DNA from: Mobula hypostoma
Lineage: Eukaryota
Length of the DNA: 64,000 nucleotides
NCBI RefSeq assembly: GCF_963921235.1
Contig: NC_086109.1
Coordinates: 2,728,001-2,792,000, forward strand
Direction of reading: 5' to 3'
Shown here: positions 63,055 through 64,000 of the stretch, in pieces
How the letters are laid out: each line of letters begins with the position of its first letter
Position numbering within the stretch: position 1 is the first letter of the stretch
The notes under the pieces: generated by a model
What the model was told of the DNA's origin: nothing
Database searches by the model: none
The model's input: only the letters and a program-made list of their open reading frames with translations
Made by a program: the position numbers and the translations under genes

Positions 63055-64000
63055 TTGTACCTTCTACCTGATGACAGCAGTGAGAAAAGAGCATGGCCTG
63101 GGTGGTGAGGATCTTTGATTATGGCAATGTTTCATGTAGATGCTCTCAGTGGTTGGGAAGGTTTTATCCATGATGTACTGGTCCGTATTCAGTACATTTT
63201 GTAGGATTTTCTGTTCAAATACATGGTGTTCCCATACCAGGCCAATACGAAGCCAGCCGGCATACTGTGGTAAATCACTGGGATTCTCCGGTGATCTGGA
63301 ATTTCTTCCTTCATTGATAGATTTCTAGATATTAAGGAGATCAAGGAAAATGACAAGAAAATGTTTCAGCCGGATCATTTGAACATGTTGTGTGGTTCAA
63401 TGGTAGCACGTCCGCTTCCCACTCCTGCTCGTCATGTTGACATGAGCTCAGCAAAGTGTTTGTGAACCCGGATCACAAAATGGAACAACAGAGCAGAGAG
63501 TGTGAGTGTTTGCATGAGAGTGTAAGTGCATCTGTGTCTGTGTGTGTGAGAGTGTGTGTGTGCGAGAGAGAGAAAGAACACGTATCACACAATGGGAAAC
63601 TTGAGTAAGGTGTATGTGTCAGAACTATGGGTTGTTTTTAAAGAAGAAAGGGATTTTATCAGTTTATATGTGGATTGTATTTTCTCAGTGTCACCTCATG
63701 GGTACGTAGTGTTCCTTCGACTGTGAACTTTCCATGTCTAATTGTTTCTCTTTGAACAAAGTGGGTTTTCACTTTGTGTTGCAGGTGTCTCATTTGGGAT
63801 CACGGGGATTGTTAAGCTCTGTTTGTGTTGCTCACTTTTATTCAATTTGGGTTGATGTGCTTTCTTGGTCACTGTCTGAGTTGGAGAGATGAGGAGACTA
63901 TGCTGTTGATAAGGATGTCTGCTTCAAATTTGTCAACCATCTCAACAGTAGCTGTTTTGATCAGGACAGGGTTGTGTATACACACACACACTTCCTTGGG

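Larger units (their letters stand above)
55796..64000 (-). repeat. Inverted spacer unit U3, running to the window end
   Basis: Reverse complement of the U2-type unit; the last ~60 nt match ~47320-47380 in reverse. Confidence 0.95.

Noticed and set aside
47370-64000. Whole palindrome and tandem region as a pure assembly artefact
   Set aside because: The arms carry many differences and private TSD-flanked insertions. The near-identical 2132-bp tandem still needs long-read confirmation.

Overview
Eukaryotic, repeat-dominated window. The repeat spectrum (several CR1 families, HE1-like V-SINE, Penelope, RTE, Rex1, AT-rich L1, PNMA-gag Gypsy) points to a cartilaginous fish, probably a ray; this is inference. 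The only host genes are two minus-strand paralogs of a CD2/SLAM-family Ig receptor. Gene B (~39.3-46.2 kb) has V, C2, TM and ITIM-type tail exons. Gene A (~8.3-14.2 kb) has C2, TM and a truncated tail, and its V exon is deleted. Both sit in a segmentally amplified array with a ~4.5 kb spacer unit present four times (U0-U3), a 2132-bp tandem duplication and a fold-back inversion at ~55.8 kb. The most striking observations are: (1) a 178-bp circularly permuted fragment of ZFTRAF1/CYHR1 coding sequence inside an LTR-like element, consistent with a re-integrated microDNA circle; (2) a paired-receptor-like divergence of the two paralogs (TM arginine versus neutral TM) with reciprocal ~1 kb deletions; (3) a fold-back palindrome whose arms are most similar at the centre. 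All alignments and counts were done by eye and are approximate.
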